This document shows, piece by piece, positions 25,607-39,006 of a stretch of DNA of 64,000 nt; positions within the stretch are counted from its first letter, which is position 1; each line of letters starts with the position of its first letter. The stretch is from NCBI RefSeq assembly GCF_018350175.1, contig NC_058368.1, forward strand, positions 30,568,001 to 30,632,000, read 5' to 3'. The position numbers were made by a program, and so were the translations under genes. Source of the stretch: Felis catus. Taxonomy: Eukaryota. The notes below the pieces were generated by a model, which was not told the origin of the DNA, did not search any database, and saw only the letters and a program-made list of their open reading frames with translations.

Positions 25607-25669
25607 AAAAAAAACTGTTTGAGGGAAAAATGTTTATTTATTTATTTAGAGAGTGTGCAAGCAGAGGAG

Positions 25670-25717
<48 letters not shown>

Positions 25718-25845
25718 CCAAAGCAGGCTCCATGCTGTCAGCACAGAACCCCACATGGGGCTTGATCCCAGGAACAATGAAATCATGACCTGAGCTGAGA
25801 TCAAGAGTCAAACGCTTAACCAACTGAGCTGCCCAGGTGCCTCCC
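25607..25845 (-). mobile_element. Can-SINE with expanded (CT)n
   Basis: Reverse head, body and tail; degenerate TSD ccta(g/a)aatt(c/t)tcttt. Confidence 0.93.
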
Positions 25846-27671
25846 CTGCACCTAAAATTTTCTTTCAAAGGCCAGAAGTCCTTAATTTTGATGAAGTCTA
25901 ATTAATTGTTTTTTTTATGTATTATGCTTTCAGTTTTATATCTATGAAATCTTTGCCTAACTCAAGATCAAAATATTATTATCTTATGCTAGTTTTCTTC
26001 TGGAGGTATATAGTCTTAAGCTTCGCATTTAGGTCTGTGATCAATGCTATGTTAATTTTTGGATATGATACAAGGTATGAATTAGAATTGTTGTTTTTTT
26101 CTGCCTTTTTATATGGATATTCAGTATTTCCAATACAATTTTTTGAAAATATTATTCTTCCCTCAATTGCCTTCCCATGCTTGTTGAAAATCAATAGTAC
26201 TTTTTGAACATTCAAATAATTTTACATTCCTGGAATAAATCCCACTTGCTTATGATGGATTACCTTTTCATATTTTAAAGGTCATTTTGCTAAAATTTTG
26301 GTTAAGTTCTTTTGTATCTATGTCTGAGAGAGGGAGTAACCTGGAGTTTTCTTCTTGGGAAGGTTTTTAACTACAAATTTAGTATAAGTAAGCGATAGGA
26401 CTGTTTAGATACCTATTTTTTCCTCATTGAGCTTTGGTGGTTTTTGCCTTTCAAGGACTTTTGTCAATTTCATTCACCTTATCAAAATGACTATCACAAA
26501 GTTGTTCATCCTATTCCCTGATTATCCTTTTAATATCTATAGACTCAGGAGTCATATCACCTCTTTTATTCCCATTATTGGTAATTTGTATGTTTTCTCT
26601 TTTTTTACTGATCAGTGTAGCAGATTTTTGTCAATTTTATTGGTTTTCTGAGATAACCAGGTTTGGGTTTCATTGATTTTTTTTTTTGGTATAATTTTTT
26701 TTTCTATTTTACTGATTTTGGTTCCAATTCTTTTATATATTCTTTATTCTGTTTGGGTTAGGTTTAGTTTGATTTACTTTTTCTATGTTTTTTAAGTGGA
26801 AGATCTTTGCATTGAAACCTGTCTTCTTTGCTAACATAACTGTAGTTATTGTAGCCATTTACCTGCTGCATCATCTCTAAAATTCTGACGTATCCTCTTG
26901 TCATTTTAATTTAATTCAAAATACTTTCTATTTTTTTCTGTTTTCTTCTTTCATCTATAGTTATTTAAAAGTGTTACAGAATTTCCAAATCTGTGAGGAT
27001 TTCAAGTAATCTTTCTGTTAGGGATTAATAATTTACTTCATTGTGTTCAGAGAATATGCTTTGTATATGAGTTGAACCATTTTTAATTCATTGATACCTG
27101 TTTTCCTCCTAGACTATGTTCTTCCTTGGTAAATGTTTTATGTGTTTTTGAAAAAAGGTGTGCTTTATTGGTGGGATGTTGTGAATGTCAATAAATCAGG
27201 TCAAGCTGTCTGTTGCTATTTAAGATTTCTATATCTTTACTGATTTTTCTGTTTATTTGTTCTATTAGTTGTTGAGACAATAGTATGTAAATCTCTAACT
27301 GTAATAGTGGGTTTTCTGTTTCTCCTTGGAATTTTAACAGTTTTTATTTTACGTATTTTGAAGCTCTGTTATTAGATGCACAAATGTTTTAAGGGTTATG
27401 TCTTCTAGATGAATGTTCCCTTTTATCATTAAGAATTGACCTTCTTTAGCCTTATTAATGTTCTTGTGACTAAATCAATTTTCTCTGTTAACATAACACC
27501 ATCAGCTTTAAAAAAATTTCGCGTATCTTTTTTGCATCTTTTTACTTTTAGATTATTTGTTTTATATTTTAAAATATGTTTTCTTATACACATTATATAG
27601 TTGGATTTTTCCTTTTCATCTGTTTTGATACTTTATGCCTGCTCTGTTCATACCATTTGCATGTAGGCGTG

Positions 27672-27850
27672 ATTTTTTAATTTCCTGGCTTTCTTGACTA
27701 TAATTAACAAATAAAAACTGGCTGCATTTAAGATGTAAGATATGATGTAATGTACATATACATTGTGAGGTATCTACAAAAATCCAGTTAATTAAGAGAT
27801 CCATGATCTCACAAAGTTGGCTTTTTCGTGTGTGTGTGGTGAGAACACAT
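27672..27850 (-). mobile_element. L1MA-like 3' tip
   Basis: ataattaacaaataaaaactg...catatacattgtga...gtgtgtggtgagaacac. Confidence 0.7.
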
Positions 27851-28063
27851 GATTTTTGAGCCTGTCGTATTACTTGTTTTCTACTTGTTTTACCTATTCT
27901 TGGTTTCCTTTTCCCTCCTATTTTTGTTTACTTTCAGACTAGTGTTTTTTTGATGTCATGAGTCACCAGTTTGGGCTGGTTAACTATAACTTTTGTGTGT
28001 ATGCAATTTTAGTGGTTTCTTTGACTTATCATAGTCTGTCTACAAGTGATCTTATGTCATCTA

Positions 28064-28064
28064 T

Positions 28065-28104
<40 letters not shown>

Positions 28105-28319
28105 AAAATTTTTTTTAACGTTTATTTATTTTTGAGACAGAGAGAGACAGAGCATGAACGGGGGAGGGTCACAGAGAGAGGGAGACACAGAATCTGAAAC
28201 AGGCTCCAGGCTCTGAGCGGTCAGCACAGAGCCCGATGCGGGGTTTGAACCCACGGACCGTGAGATCATGACCTGAGCTGAAGTTGGACGCTTAACCGAC
28301 CGGGCCACCCAGTCACCCC
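28064..28319 (-). mobile_element. Can-SINE (SINEC_Fc) with (TAAA)n tail
   Basis: Full reverse copy; TSD t(t/c)atgtcat(c/t)ta. Confidence 0.96.
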
Positions 28320-28338
28320 TCATGTCATTTAAATTCTA

Positions 28339-28553
28339 GGGGCGCCTGGGTGGCGCAGTCGGTTAAGCGTCCGACTTCAGCCAGGTCACGATCTCGCAGT
28401 CCGTGAGTTTGAGCCCCGCGTCAGGCTCTGGGCTGATGGCTCAGAGCCTGGAGCCTGTTTCCGATTCTGTGTCTCCCTCTCTCTCTGCCCCTCCCCCGTT
28501 CATGCTCTGTCCCTCTCTGTCCCAAAAATAAATAAACGTTAAAAAAAAAAAGT
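28339..28553 (+). mobile_element. Young Can-SINE (SINEC_Fc)
   Basis: CpG-rich GGGGCGCCTGGGTGGCGCAGTCGGTTAAGCGTCCGACTTCAGCCAGG; TSD tttaaattcta. Confidence 0.97.
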
Positions 28554-30179
28554 TTTAAATTCTATAGGAAACTTTCAACTATATGCTTCCATTTATTCCT
28601 TCAGACTTTTATGCTGTTATTGTAATAAGTTTTTCTGTGATATATATTATAAGCTCCATAATATATTGTTAACATTTTTGTGAAGTGCAAATGATCTGTC
28701 CTTTTTCTATGGATGCTTTTGGGTTTCTCTTTGTCACTGGTTTTAAGAAGCCTGATTTCAAGGTGCCTTAGTGTAGTTCTCTTCACATTTCTTGTGTTTG
28801 GCATTTGTTGAACTTCTTTTATATATTGATTTATGATTTTCATCAAATTTAGAACACCTAGACCATTATTTCAAATATTTTTGTTTGTTCTTTTTTCTAC
28901 TCTCTTTTGGGGACTCTAATTATATAAGGTTGCTTGTGGCTGTCCTATAGCTTGATTATATGGTGATCTTCTGTTCCTTTTTATTTTCAGTCTTTATTCC
29001 CTTGGCATTTTATTTTGTATACTGTTTGTTCTGTGTTTTCAGGTTAATGAATGTATTTTGCTATGTCTAAAATAATGTTAATTCTACCCAGCTATTTTGT
29101 TGTTGCTGTTTTTCCAGATACTGTAGTTTTCACCTCTAGAAGTCTGATTTGTTTCTTTTTATACATGCTATGGGTTTACTTATATTTTCTTCTCTAGTTT
29201 CTTGAGCATATGGAATACCATTATAATAACATTTTTTTCCCTCTAATTCTATCATCTGCTTCATTTTAGAGCCTGCTTTAAGTTACTTTTCACTTTGTTA
29301 TCGGTCATTTCTTTCCTACGTGTTTGCATGTCTGGCAATGTTTAATGTAGGTGCCTAACATTATGAATTTTACCTAGTCGATTAGTATTTTTTTCTAGTC
29401 TTACAAATATTCTTCAGCTTTGTTCTGAGACACATTTCAGTTACTAGGAAACAGTTTGATCCTTTTGGGTCTTGCTTTTAAGCTTTATCAGATGGGATAA
29501 GAATAACCTGTAGTCCGGTCTGAAGCCTGCCCCATCAATGCGGCAAAACATTCCTGAGGACTTTTGTCCAGTTCCTCATGAGCTAGGAAGTTTTCTACCT
29601 TGACTGTGGGAGCAGGAACTATTTCCTTCCTTGTGTGGGCACCAGGGATTATTTCCTCTCATCTTTTTGTATGGCCATTTCCCAGGCTCATGTAGTGCCT
29701 TTCCACGCACGGGCTGAGCAGTGCCTGGCTGAATAGTCCAAGGAGATGCTTGGAATGCTCTGAAGACCTCAGACTTGTCTTGCAGCTCCCTCCCCTCCAG
29801 TTTTCATTCCATGAACTCTGGACACCTCATCTCCCATTTCTCAACCCTGGATGTCTGCGGTGCTCTGCCTGAGTTGCCTCTCTGCACGGTGGCCTAGAAG
29901 CTCCCTGCATGGAGCTGGTGATCTGGAACAGCTCTATGTCTCATCTCATTTGTTTCACCTCACTTAGGAATCACTGTGTTGTTGTGGTGGTGTTTTTTTT
30001 TTTTTTATTACTTGGTATCGAATATCTTGAGAACTGTTGTTTTATATATTGTATTACCTGTTTGTATTAATTTTTAGTTACTACAGGCAGGGGAATTAGT
30101 CTGTTTCCTCTTACTTTACCTTTGCTGGAAGCAGAAATCCTCTCAGTATCATTTTGTGTAATAAAAACAGATAACACGA

Positions 30180-30388
30180 GGGGCACCGGGGCGGCTCAGT
30201 TAGTTAAGCCTCCAACTTCAGCTCAGGTCATGATCTCACGGTTCATGGGTTTGAGCCCCGCATCGGGCTCTGGGCTGACAGCTCAGAGCGAGGAGCCTAC
30301 CTCAGATTCTGTGTCTCCCTCTCTCTCTGCCCCTCCCCTACTCACACTCTTTTTCAAAACTAAATAAACTTAAAACGAATTTAAAAAG
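30180..30388 (+). mobile_element. Can-SINE
   Basis: TSD cagata(a/c)ca(c/t)gag. Confidence 0.95.
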
Positions 30389-30588
30389 AGCAGATACCAT
30401 GAGATTTACTCTCTTAACCAAAAACTTAAGTGTACAGTATTATTAAGCACAATGTTATATAGCAGATCTCTAGAGCTTATGTCTCGCATAGCTGTAACTT
30501 AATACCTGTTGAACAACAACTTCTCCCCCACAATCCCAGACTCTGGTAACCATGTTCCACTTTCTGCTTCAAGACACTGAATGTTTCA

Positions 30589-30779
30589 GGGGTGTCTGGA
30601 TGGCTCAGTCGGTTAAGCATGTGACTCTTGATCTCTGCTCAGGGTTGTGAGATCAAGCCTCCTTCAGATCCTCACTGGTCATGGTGCCTGCTGGGGATTC
30701 TCTCTCTCCCTCTCTCTGCCCCCCCCCCCCATTCTCTCTCTCAAAATAAACAAATAAGCTTTACAAACTGTTTTTTTTT
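30589..30779 (+). mobile_element. Older Can-SINE
   Basis: tggctcagtcggttaagcatgtgactcttgatctc head, CT region, tail. Confidence 0.9.
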
Positions 30780-30793
30780 AAGAGACTGTTTTA

Positions 30794-31012
30794 GGGGCAC
30801 CTGGGTGGCGCAGTCGATTAAGCGTCCAACTTCAGCCAGGTCACGATCTCACGGTCCGTGAGTTCGAGCCCCGCGTGGGGCTCTGGGCTGATGGCTCAGA
30901 GCCTGGAGCCTGTTTCCGATTCTGTGTCTCCCTCTCTCTCTGCCCCTCCCCCGTTCATGCTCTGTCTCACTCTGTCCCAAAAATAAATAAAAAAACGTTG
31001 AAAAAAAAAATT
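30794..31012 (+). mobile_element. Young Can-SINE (SINEC_Fc)
   Basis: Perfect TSD aagagactgtttta. Confidence 0.97.
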
Positions 31013-31089
31013 AAAGAGACTGTTTTAGATACTTCATATAAGTGGAATCATGTAGTATTGTTCTTCTGTAACTTTTTAAAAATGCTCAT

Positions 31090-31620
31090 TAAATTTTTTT
31101 TCCGCTACTAAAAGTCACATATTTATTGTAGTGTTATAGGAAATATACTAACACGTGGAGAAGAAAAATGAAAAAAACTCTACTCTAATCTTCCAGAAAT
31201 AATTGCTTAACATTGTATTTTGTAGCTAGTTTAAGTGTGTATGAAGATTATATACCTAAAAATTAGATAATTCTCTTCATTTCATTTGATATCTGGAATA
31301 TTTTTATATGATTCAATAATTTCCTCCAGCATGATTTTTAATTGTTCCATAATAGTCCATTTTATGGATGTGGCAATGAATTATATCTCCAAATTGTGCA
31401 TAATTATGTGTCATAATTTATTGAACCAATCACTTATCATTCAGCATTTATGCTGTATCCAATTTTTCACGATTATAAATAGGGCTGAGGTGATCATTCT
31501 AGTAGATAAATCTTTCTTACCATTTATCATAATTTCCTCAGGAAAATTTCCTAGAACCAGAATTACTGGTTTAAGGAATATGTACATTTTGAAATCATTC
31601 AATATTTATGGCAAAAAGTC
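31090..31620 (-). mobile_element. Old L1 (L1ME-like) 3' fragment
   Basis: cataatttattgaaccaatc...tccaatttttcacgattataaata...aatttcctagaaccagaattactgg. Confidence 0.65.
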
Positions 31621-31737
31621 ACGCAACCGGCTTATAAGCAGAACGCTAAACTGCCATTTCCTTTATGCTCCAGGCTATTCTAGCTATTATTTTTTCTTAA
31701 ACCACTTTTACAAATGGTATTTCCTTGTTTTACTTTT

Positions 31738-31962
31738 TTTTTTTTTTTTTATTTTTTTTTTCAACATTTATTTATTTTTGGGACAGAGAGAGACAGAGCG
31801 TGAACAGGGGAGGGGCAGAGAGAGGTAGACACAGAATCGGAAACAGGCTCCAGGCTCTGAGCCATCAGCCCAGAGCCCGACGCGGGGCTCGAACTCACAG
31901 ACCGCGAGATCGTGACCTGGCTGAAGTCGGACGCTTAACCGACTGCGCCACCCAGGCGCCCC
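31738..31962 (-). mobile_element. Young Can-SINE (SINEC_Fc)
   Basis: CpGs intact, long nearly pure A-tail, perfect TSD tgttttactttt (31726-31737, 31963-31974). Confidence 0.97.
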
Positions 31963-32022
31963 TGTTTTACTTTTAATTAACACACTTGATCTTTATGTCA
32001 GGGACATCTTCCTCTGCCATCT

Positions 32023-32040
32023 CCCCCCCCCCCCCCCCCC
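32023..32040. repeat. C18 homopolymer
   Basis: Direct reading. Confidence 0.95.
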
Positions 32041-33842
32041 AACCATGGCATTCCTTGAATTCTGCCTAGAACATCTTCACGCCTGGGCTAGAAAAATTCA
32101 GCAAGACATTTTGGCTTGGCATGGTTGCTTTCCTTCATCCCTTGACAAATTTGAGTACTGAAGTACTGTGCCTTGATAATTTCTTCCCTCTCTGTCTTGT
32201 TTTGACTGGGTTTCTTCTTTTCCCTCAACAATAATTAGTTGTCTTTTCTTCCAGTATAAATATTGGGGTTTTTTTCCCCCACCATATTTGGTTAAGCCAC
32301 AATTTCCTTCCTTATAGTGCTAAATAGTCTTTATGGTGAAACCAATACATCTCTACCTCATTAAGCACCCACCAACCTACTCAGGACTTCAGGGAAGCAA
32401 TTCAGGAATTCACATGCAATTCAGAATGTAATATAAATGAAATAGCGTACCAAAGGAGATAGTGTAGTTGCTAGGTGTTCTTCTTGTTTGTGGGCTCAAA
32501 ATCCTGGAATTGGTTCCATGATGCTAGATCTTGCTGAAGCATCAGACATATATGACAGCACAAATAGAATTAAAGAGGATAAATATAGACGATCGTCCTC
32601 TAAGTAGGCAGAAATATTAATCCAAGCAAAACTACAAATATTGGCTCCAAGTTGTGGACAGAATCTTGTTCAAGCATGTTTTCCAACTTCTTTTTCACAC
32701 AGGCCACAATATAGTACAGAAATTAAGCCTTGCATTCAGGTGCACTGTTGCTTATATTGGGTTTCCCTCCAGACTCTCTCCTTTTATCCATGGCAGCTAT
32801 TGAATCCCATGTGTAGGCATTCCATGATAAACGAGATAGACTTCTTCACGTAACTCCAGAAGCTTGTTCTTCCTTCATGCCAAGGCTTATCCTTTGGTCA
32901 AAATTGCTTTCTGGGTGATTCTGTCTCCTGTTCCTTTTCTTTGGGCATCCTCCAACATCCCATTTTCAAAGATGTAAAGTCTACCCTTCTATCAAAACCT
33001 TGATCCCTTTGGTTAGTCAAGGATTACAGGCTCAAATGCAAGACAGAAAGGCATTCACCTAGAGTTCATGTCTTAACAGTTCTTGGATTTAAAATAGATG
33101 CCATAGGTAACTATAATGATGTACTCTTTTTAGAATAACCAGACAGCTTAGATTAAGCCACTGGCAAAAAGAGAAATAATTATTTCAGACTTGGCTATCA
33201 ATCATAAACACTTTTTGCCTGACTCCAATTTTATTCATAAACCATTCCTACATAGATTTGTAATTTTACCTACTAGAACTGTTTTAAAAAAGAGTAAAAT
33301 TAGAATGCTGGAAGAGACTATCTTCCAAAATATCAAAATAGAGTTGTATCCAACTTTTTTAACTCTTAGGGAAACTGTATTAAATGCCCATTTACATGTA
33401 TCCAGGTAACCTTAATAATATTGCCTTATTTTTGTCAGAATCCATTTATAAATGTCTGTTAAATCACAAACCCAGATCCTTCCATTTCCGTCACCCTCTG
33501 GTTTGTGGGGCTGGCTCTCTCCGCAGTGTCCATATGTTCTAGCAACCAACTCTTAACCAGTAGAAGTCTCCAAGGCTGCTGAAATGTGCCAGCTTCCATC
33601 TGTTTGTGACCTGTGCCATGCCAGGGCAGAAGAGAATGAACACTTGGGTTTTTCCAGGCATTCTACCCAATATATAAGGATGTGGAGCTCTGACTCAGTC
33701 TAAGAATCTTCCCATGTTTCAATACAAAAAACTAGTTCTTTGGCCTGGTTTCTTCAGTCCATCCACACTGGTCCCTAACTCTTGTCATTTCAAGAAAAAC
33801 AGTGAAGATTATGTATTCCATTTTAAGTATTTCCAACTCTTT

Positions 33843-34041
33843 AAAAAATTTTTTTTTAAATGTTTATTTTTGAGAGAGAGGAGAAGGGGCAGAGAGAGAG
33901 AGGAAGACACAGGATCTGAAACAGGCTCTAGGTTCTGACCAGTGAGCACAGAGCCTGACATGAGGCTTGAACCCACAAACTGTGAGATCATGACCTGAGC
34001 CAAAGTCAGATGCTTAACCGACTGAGCCACCCAGACATCCC
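33843..34041 (-). mobile_element. Can-SINE
   Basis: TSD tatttccaactctt. Confidence 0.95.
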
Positions 34042-35114
34042 AATATTTCCAACTCTTATTTGGACTGAGCTCCATTCTCTTTTCAGCATTTCCTCAAATT
34101 TTGCTTTATTTGTAATGTTGGCAAATGACTAAGTAAATAAATTAGGAGGAATTTGCTTAATAGTTTACCTGGTTCAATGATTCTCAATCCTATTTAAACG
34201 GCAGAGTGCACAAGAAATATGGCACACCTCATAGAATCCCATAAATCTCGACATATCCAAACTGACATTCACCACGTATATAACTTTGTTCTAAATTTAA
34301 AAAAAAAAGGATTCTATTTTAAGATAGTAGAGGAAGTTATTTATGAAAAATTATGGCATAAAAATAAAATTGAGAAAATTTTATTCATTAGATTTTTTTT
34401 CCCTCGCAAAATTAGGGTCTCGAGTTACTGATGTAATAGACTGACTCTATTTTTTGATATTTCTCTGCTGAGGGTTTGAAGCCCCAGTGCTTCCCTTTCC
34501 CCTTTGCTCCATATCTGGGAAAGCTGATAAGAAAGCCTGTTGCTTCCTCCTTTAGAGCCTGGTGGGAAGTTCAAATAGTGCATGTGGGAATCCTCACCCA
34601 CCTTCACCCACTGATCACAACAAAAGCCAAGCCAGCCTCCTTTCTCTTTTTCCTGAAGACATTCTGGGGCCTGCTTGGGAAGACTGCCCTGCTCTCAGAA
34701 ACTTTCATTATGCTTCACACCTTCTTGGTACGTGCGGGGCATTCAGTCCACATCTGAACCAAATTTTGGGAGTGTGTGGGAAGGGCCATCACTATTCTGC
34801 ACGGTGTCCACAACAACCGGATTTTTAATAGTAATTTTTAATAGTGATTTCCTCTTCTTTATTAACACCATATTTTGCAGCAGCATCTGTGGAGAACTTT
34901 AAGCACCCACTCATTTAAAAACAAAAAAGAAGATTGAAAAGAGAAACAACAGATAAAAAATTATAAGGAGCTGATTCCAAATTTTATCAGAATTTATAGA
35001 TGACATTTTATTTAAAATGCTGCGGTTATGAAGTAAGCCGCAGTTAGATATTTTTGGCACGAGAGACTACATTAAAATTATAATTAAAAATTTTGTAAGA
35101 GATGTAATAACTGA

Positions 35115-35345
35115 GATTGTTGTATACTCATATGCTAGATATTGTACTCAGTGCTTAGCTCATTTAATCCCTGTAACAACTCTATGAGATATAGATTATT
35201 ATTATCCCTATTTAACAGGTGAGTATGAAGCTGAGGGAGGTCAAGTAACATGTCCAATACTACATAGCTTGTATGTAATGAAGCTTGGGTTTAAAACCCA
35301 TGCAATTTACTCCAGAGCCAGTGTTTCCAATCGCTAAGCCATACA
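35115..35345 (-). mobile_element. MIR
   Basis: ctcatttaatccctgtaacaactctatgagat...attattatccctatttaacaggtgag. Confidence 0.8.
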
Positions 35346-36015
35346 ATGTAAGCACAGTCAGTACTGTTGGTAATGTGAGAATTGCTTTCTAAGAAAACTC
35401 TTGTTCCTATTCAATAGAACAATAAAGGGTGGTAGCGATTAGTTTCTTGATTCAGGCTCACATTTGCAATGTTACTTTACATTGAAAGAATTTTAACAAT
35501 AAAGGGATTTGCTTTTATTTTTAATAGTCTAAAAGAAAGTTATAAAGCCTAAATATCGCTAAACAAATCCAGCCTTTGCATCTAGCTTTATTGGAAAAGT
35601 ATGGCCTCAATTTTCCTATCATCAAAACTATAATGATTAAAAATCCATTATCACCTGTTGTTATAATAAAACATAAATCGATTTTAAAAAGTCATTTCAC
35701 ATATACTCTCTTTTTTCACTGCTTGAGAGATACTAGTTTGTGATTTCAACTTCCATATTGACCTCAAGTTCCTAGGAAAATATAAAGAAAAGTGGCCTGC
35801 ATTATGCAAATGCTTCCTTAATCACATTATCACAATTTATATTTTGAAAACTAGTTCTATATGAGAAGTGCCTATATTAAGTAAACAATGTGTTTTTCCC
35901 CCACAGAAGGGGTGCCACTGAAGAAATTATTTTCAGGTATTACAAAAAATGTATTTATCTACTAACAATGAAGATATTTCTATAGACAGATTCCATTTAA
36001 TAATAATATAATTAT

Positions 36016-36230
36016 GGGGCACCTGGGTGGCTCAGTCGGTTGAGCGTCCGACATCGGCTCAGGTCATGATCTCACGGTTTGTGGGTTCGAGCCCCGCCAT
36101 CAGGCTCTGTGCTGACAGCTCAGAGCCTGGAGCCTGCTTCTCATTCTATGTCTCCCTCTCTGTCTGCCCCTCCCCCACTCATGCTCTGTCTCTCTCTGTC
36201 AAAAATAAAATAAACATTAAAAAAATTTTA
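36016..36230 (+). mobile_element. Can-SINE (SINEC_Fc-like)
   Basis: Perfect TSD taataatataatta. Confidence 0.96.
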
Positions 36231-36489
36231 TAATAATATAATTACAACTTAATAGGAAAGCAGTGATTTTGTATATGTCTGTGCCTGTCCTGGGGGGTAA
36301 TTGCAAAGTGTACACATTTCCCATAATTCAGTGTTGTGGGCCTTAATTCTTTATGTGAAAGGTTAGAAGATTTTTATGGATGCAAAATATTAAATATTTT
36401 TTCCATCGACAGCAAAACAATTGAGAGTCACTGAAACTGCAATATAATACAGAAGCTATGAGAAATAATTTCATAAGTTTGGAAAGGAA

Positions 36490-36720
36490 TTAGGTAAGAG
36501 TTGAGGAAGAGGCCTATAAAATTATGGATAGGGCACCCTGTTCCAGTCTTACCAGTTCTATAGTAGAAAATTTAGAGAATCCTAAGTGAAATAAGAGCTA
36601 CATTACTGAACCGAATGAAAGGAAAATACGTTTTTTACACAGAAGATTCTGTAATTAACCTATGGGTCTCTAATGTGATTATAAATTATGGCAGTAAATT
36701 ACTGAGAATGACTCAAAATA
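36490..36720 (+). mobile_element. Possible L3/CR1 3' remnant
   Basis: aatgaaaggaaaatacgttttttacacag...gtaattaacctatggg resembles the CR1/L3 ORF2 C-terminal motif. Confidence 0.45.
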
Positions 36721-37361
36721 AGACACATGGAAAACAGTATCTGGTAGTTGCTGAATTAAAAGAAAGATGATGTACAATAGGCTGACCAGCTGAGGTCAGC
36801 AATGAGATTTCTTGTCGTCTTTTTTTGTGTTGTAACAGTACACAGTTAGGGCCCCAACCTTTCTCAACGCTCGGGCTATTATGGTGATGAAACACCGTGC
36901 AGAAAGGTGTTTGTCAATTTTTAATATATACATAAAAGAAACCATTAGATTTAAGAAAATTACCAACAGCAAAGGGTTTTCAATCCCACAAAATAATGCA
37001 GAAAATACCCTCTCCGTCTTAGAATTATTATTTTTCTTTCTAATGAGCAGAAAAGGTGAGAATCTTAAAAACGTAAAAGAGATCAGTCAGTACTCAAGAG
37101 AAGTACAGCTTCAGAGATGAAAATATCCCTTCTCAAATGTCTTTCTGGAGTTGGTGGCTATCATCTTGCTGATGCCAGAGAAGCTGTACTGTAATTAAAA
37201 TCCTGTAGTACAAGAAAGAATTTCTTTCTCCTCTAAGAAAAGTTCTTTGTCTTTTTTCTTTTGTCAGAAAAGATGTGTGGTTATTTTGAAAATGAGAAAA
37301 CAGATTTTCATGTCCCTGTGTTTTATCTGCTGATTCCAGGGTTGCAATTTAAGTCGTTGAA

Positions 37362-37363
<2 letters not shown>

Positions 37364-37406
<43 letters not shown>

Positions 37407-37419
37407 CCGCGCGCGCGCC
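37364..37419. repeat. (TG)n followed by (CG)n
   Basis: Direct reading. Confidence 0.95.
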
Positions 37420-37584
37420 CATGCAGAACCGCTGTGTATTTGGTTTTATGTCCTGATGTACAACAGTGCACAGATGGAATTTATCCTTACCTTCAGGAAA
37501 CACACAGAGAAGGAACTAAAGCATAGCGCTGAAATATTATGACAGAGGGAGTCAGGGGTCTGACTGGGGCCCGCCCCTTCCTCA

Positions 37585-37830
37585 GATTTAGGAGGTCAGC
37601 AAATGAAAAACCCTAACCAGATGACAGTGGTGGGGACACTTCCTGAATAAAGCTTTAGAGGCAGGGAAGAATACCGTACAATTTGGTAATTGAAAGGGTG
37701 TAATGTTTACAGTGTGCACTGTAAACCAGAGGGACAAAGATGGAGCTGGAAAGGAAAATGGTGGCAAGACCATACAGCGCCTTGCAAGTGTTTTGGACTT
37801 TATCCTAATGGCCGATTTCAAGACGGAGAA
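37585..37830 (-). mobile_element. L2 fragment
   Basis: gatggagctggaaagg...gaccatacagcgccttg...ttttggactttatcctaa. Confidence 0.65.
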
Positions 37831-39006
37831 ATTTACTAATGTTAGGTCATAGTGGAAAACTTTTAAACAGTGGTCTTAAAGATAACTATATTAAACAAAG
37901 ACAGAACTAGCTAAGCTATGGGAAACGTGAAACACAGTAATTGGCCAAGAACATGTACCATCGAAACAATGCTCTCTGATAAAAAAACGAGAACAAAGAA
38001 AGGAAGAAGTCTTATATGTTGGTAATTTCAGAACACACTTCTAAGTAGCCCTTGGATACAATAAGTCATGATAATGAAAGCCAGACAATACTTTGAACTG
38101 AATACAAATGAAAAATATCACATATTAAAATATGTTAGGGTTAAAATTGTACTCAGAGTGTGATTTTCAGCCTTAAATGTTTAGCGAGAAAATGAAAGCT
38201 GAAAATTGATGAGCTTTTTTGAAAACCACCTCAAAATAAATCCAGGGAAAGTGGGTAAAGGGCTATGATAAACAAGGTGTTAAAGCTAATGAAATAGAAT
38301 GTAGTTATAATAAAGAGGATCTTTGGAAAAGTTATTCATATTGACACATCATCTGATAAGATGTTCAAGAAAATGCAGAGACGATTGAACAGAAGCAAAA
38401 TATAAGGAAGGAAAAAAAGACCTAATTATAGATAACTCCCCAAATACGCTGTACAAATTTGTGTTAATAAACGACCATTTGGGGGAAAAATGGATAATAT
38501 CTTAGAAATATATTATCAAACAAAACTGGATCAAGTAGAAACAAACATAGCTGAATAGATTTCTAGCCACCAAAGCCATTGAATCAATAGTGATAAACTT
38601 TCCCACATTAAAATAACCAGGCCCACATGGCTGGTAGGCCCCCTCCAAGCATTAAAAACATAAATCCGATCTTGCACAAGTTATTTGTAGATGATATACT
38701 TGTCTACATAAAAAATTCAAGGGAATCTAAAAAACGTCCAAGCTAATAAAAAACCTGAGCAAGTTTGCTGTATACAAAATTACCTTTCCCAAAGCAGTAG
38801 TGTTCCCAGACACAAACGACAGCTAGAAAGTATAGATAAAATTGCTCAGATGATAATAAGTAAAATGATAATTATAGAGAAAAAGTGTAACAAAAATGTG
38901 CAAAACTATATGGAGAAAAATTTTAAATTTATTTAATGGCATAAATTAGATGTTGTTAGTGTGAGGTATACCATGTTCATATATGATTTGCCATGAAGCT
39001 TTTTTT

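Larger units (their letters stand above)
23553..30140 (-). mobile_element. Long degenerate L1 (L1MC/MD-like) with both ends, internal deletions and nested insertions
   Basis: Reverse 3' end ttttaacagctttattgaaatata; ORF2-like T-rich body; ORF1-like remnant near 28600-29200; 5' start ggatttctgcttccagcaa (minus strand) at 30140. Confidence 0.82.
30150..31070 (-). mobile_element. L1MB1/2-like 3' fragment split by three SINEs
   Basis: gagatttactctcttaacc...agcagatctctagagc...ttttagatacttcatataagtggaatcatgtagta. Confidence 0.75.

Noticed and set aside
31286..31828. Longest ORF in the track (180 aa)
   Set aside because: Runs antisense through an old L1 fragment into a SINE tail; low-complexity I/F-rich product with no recognisable domain.
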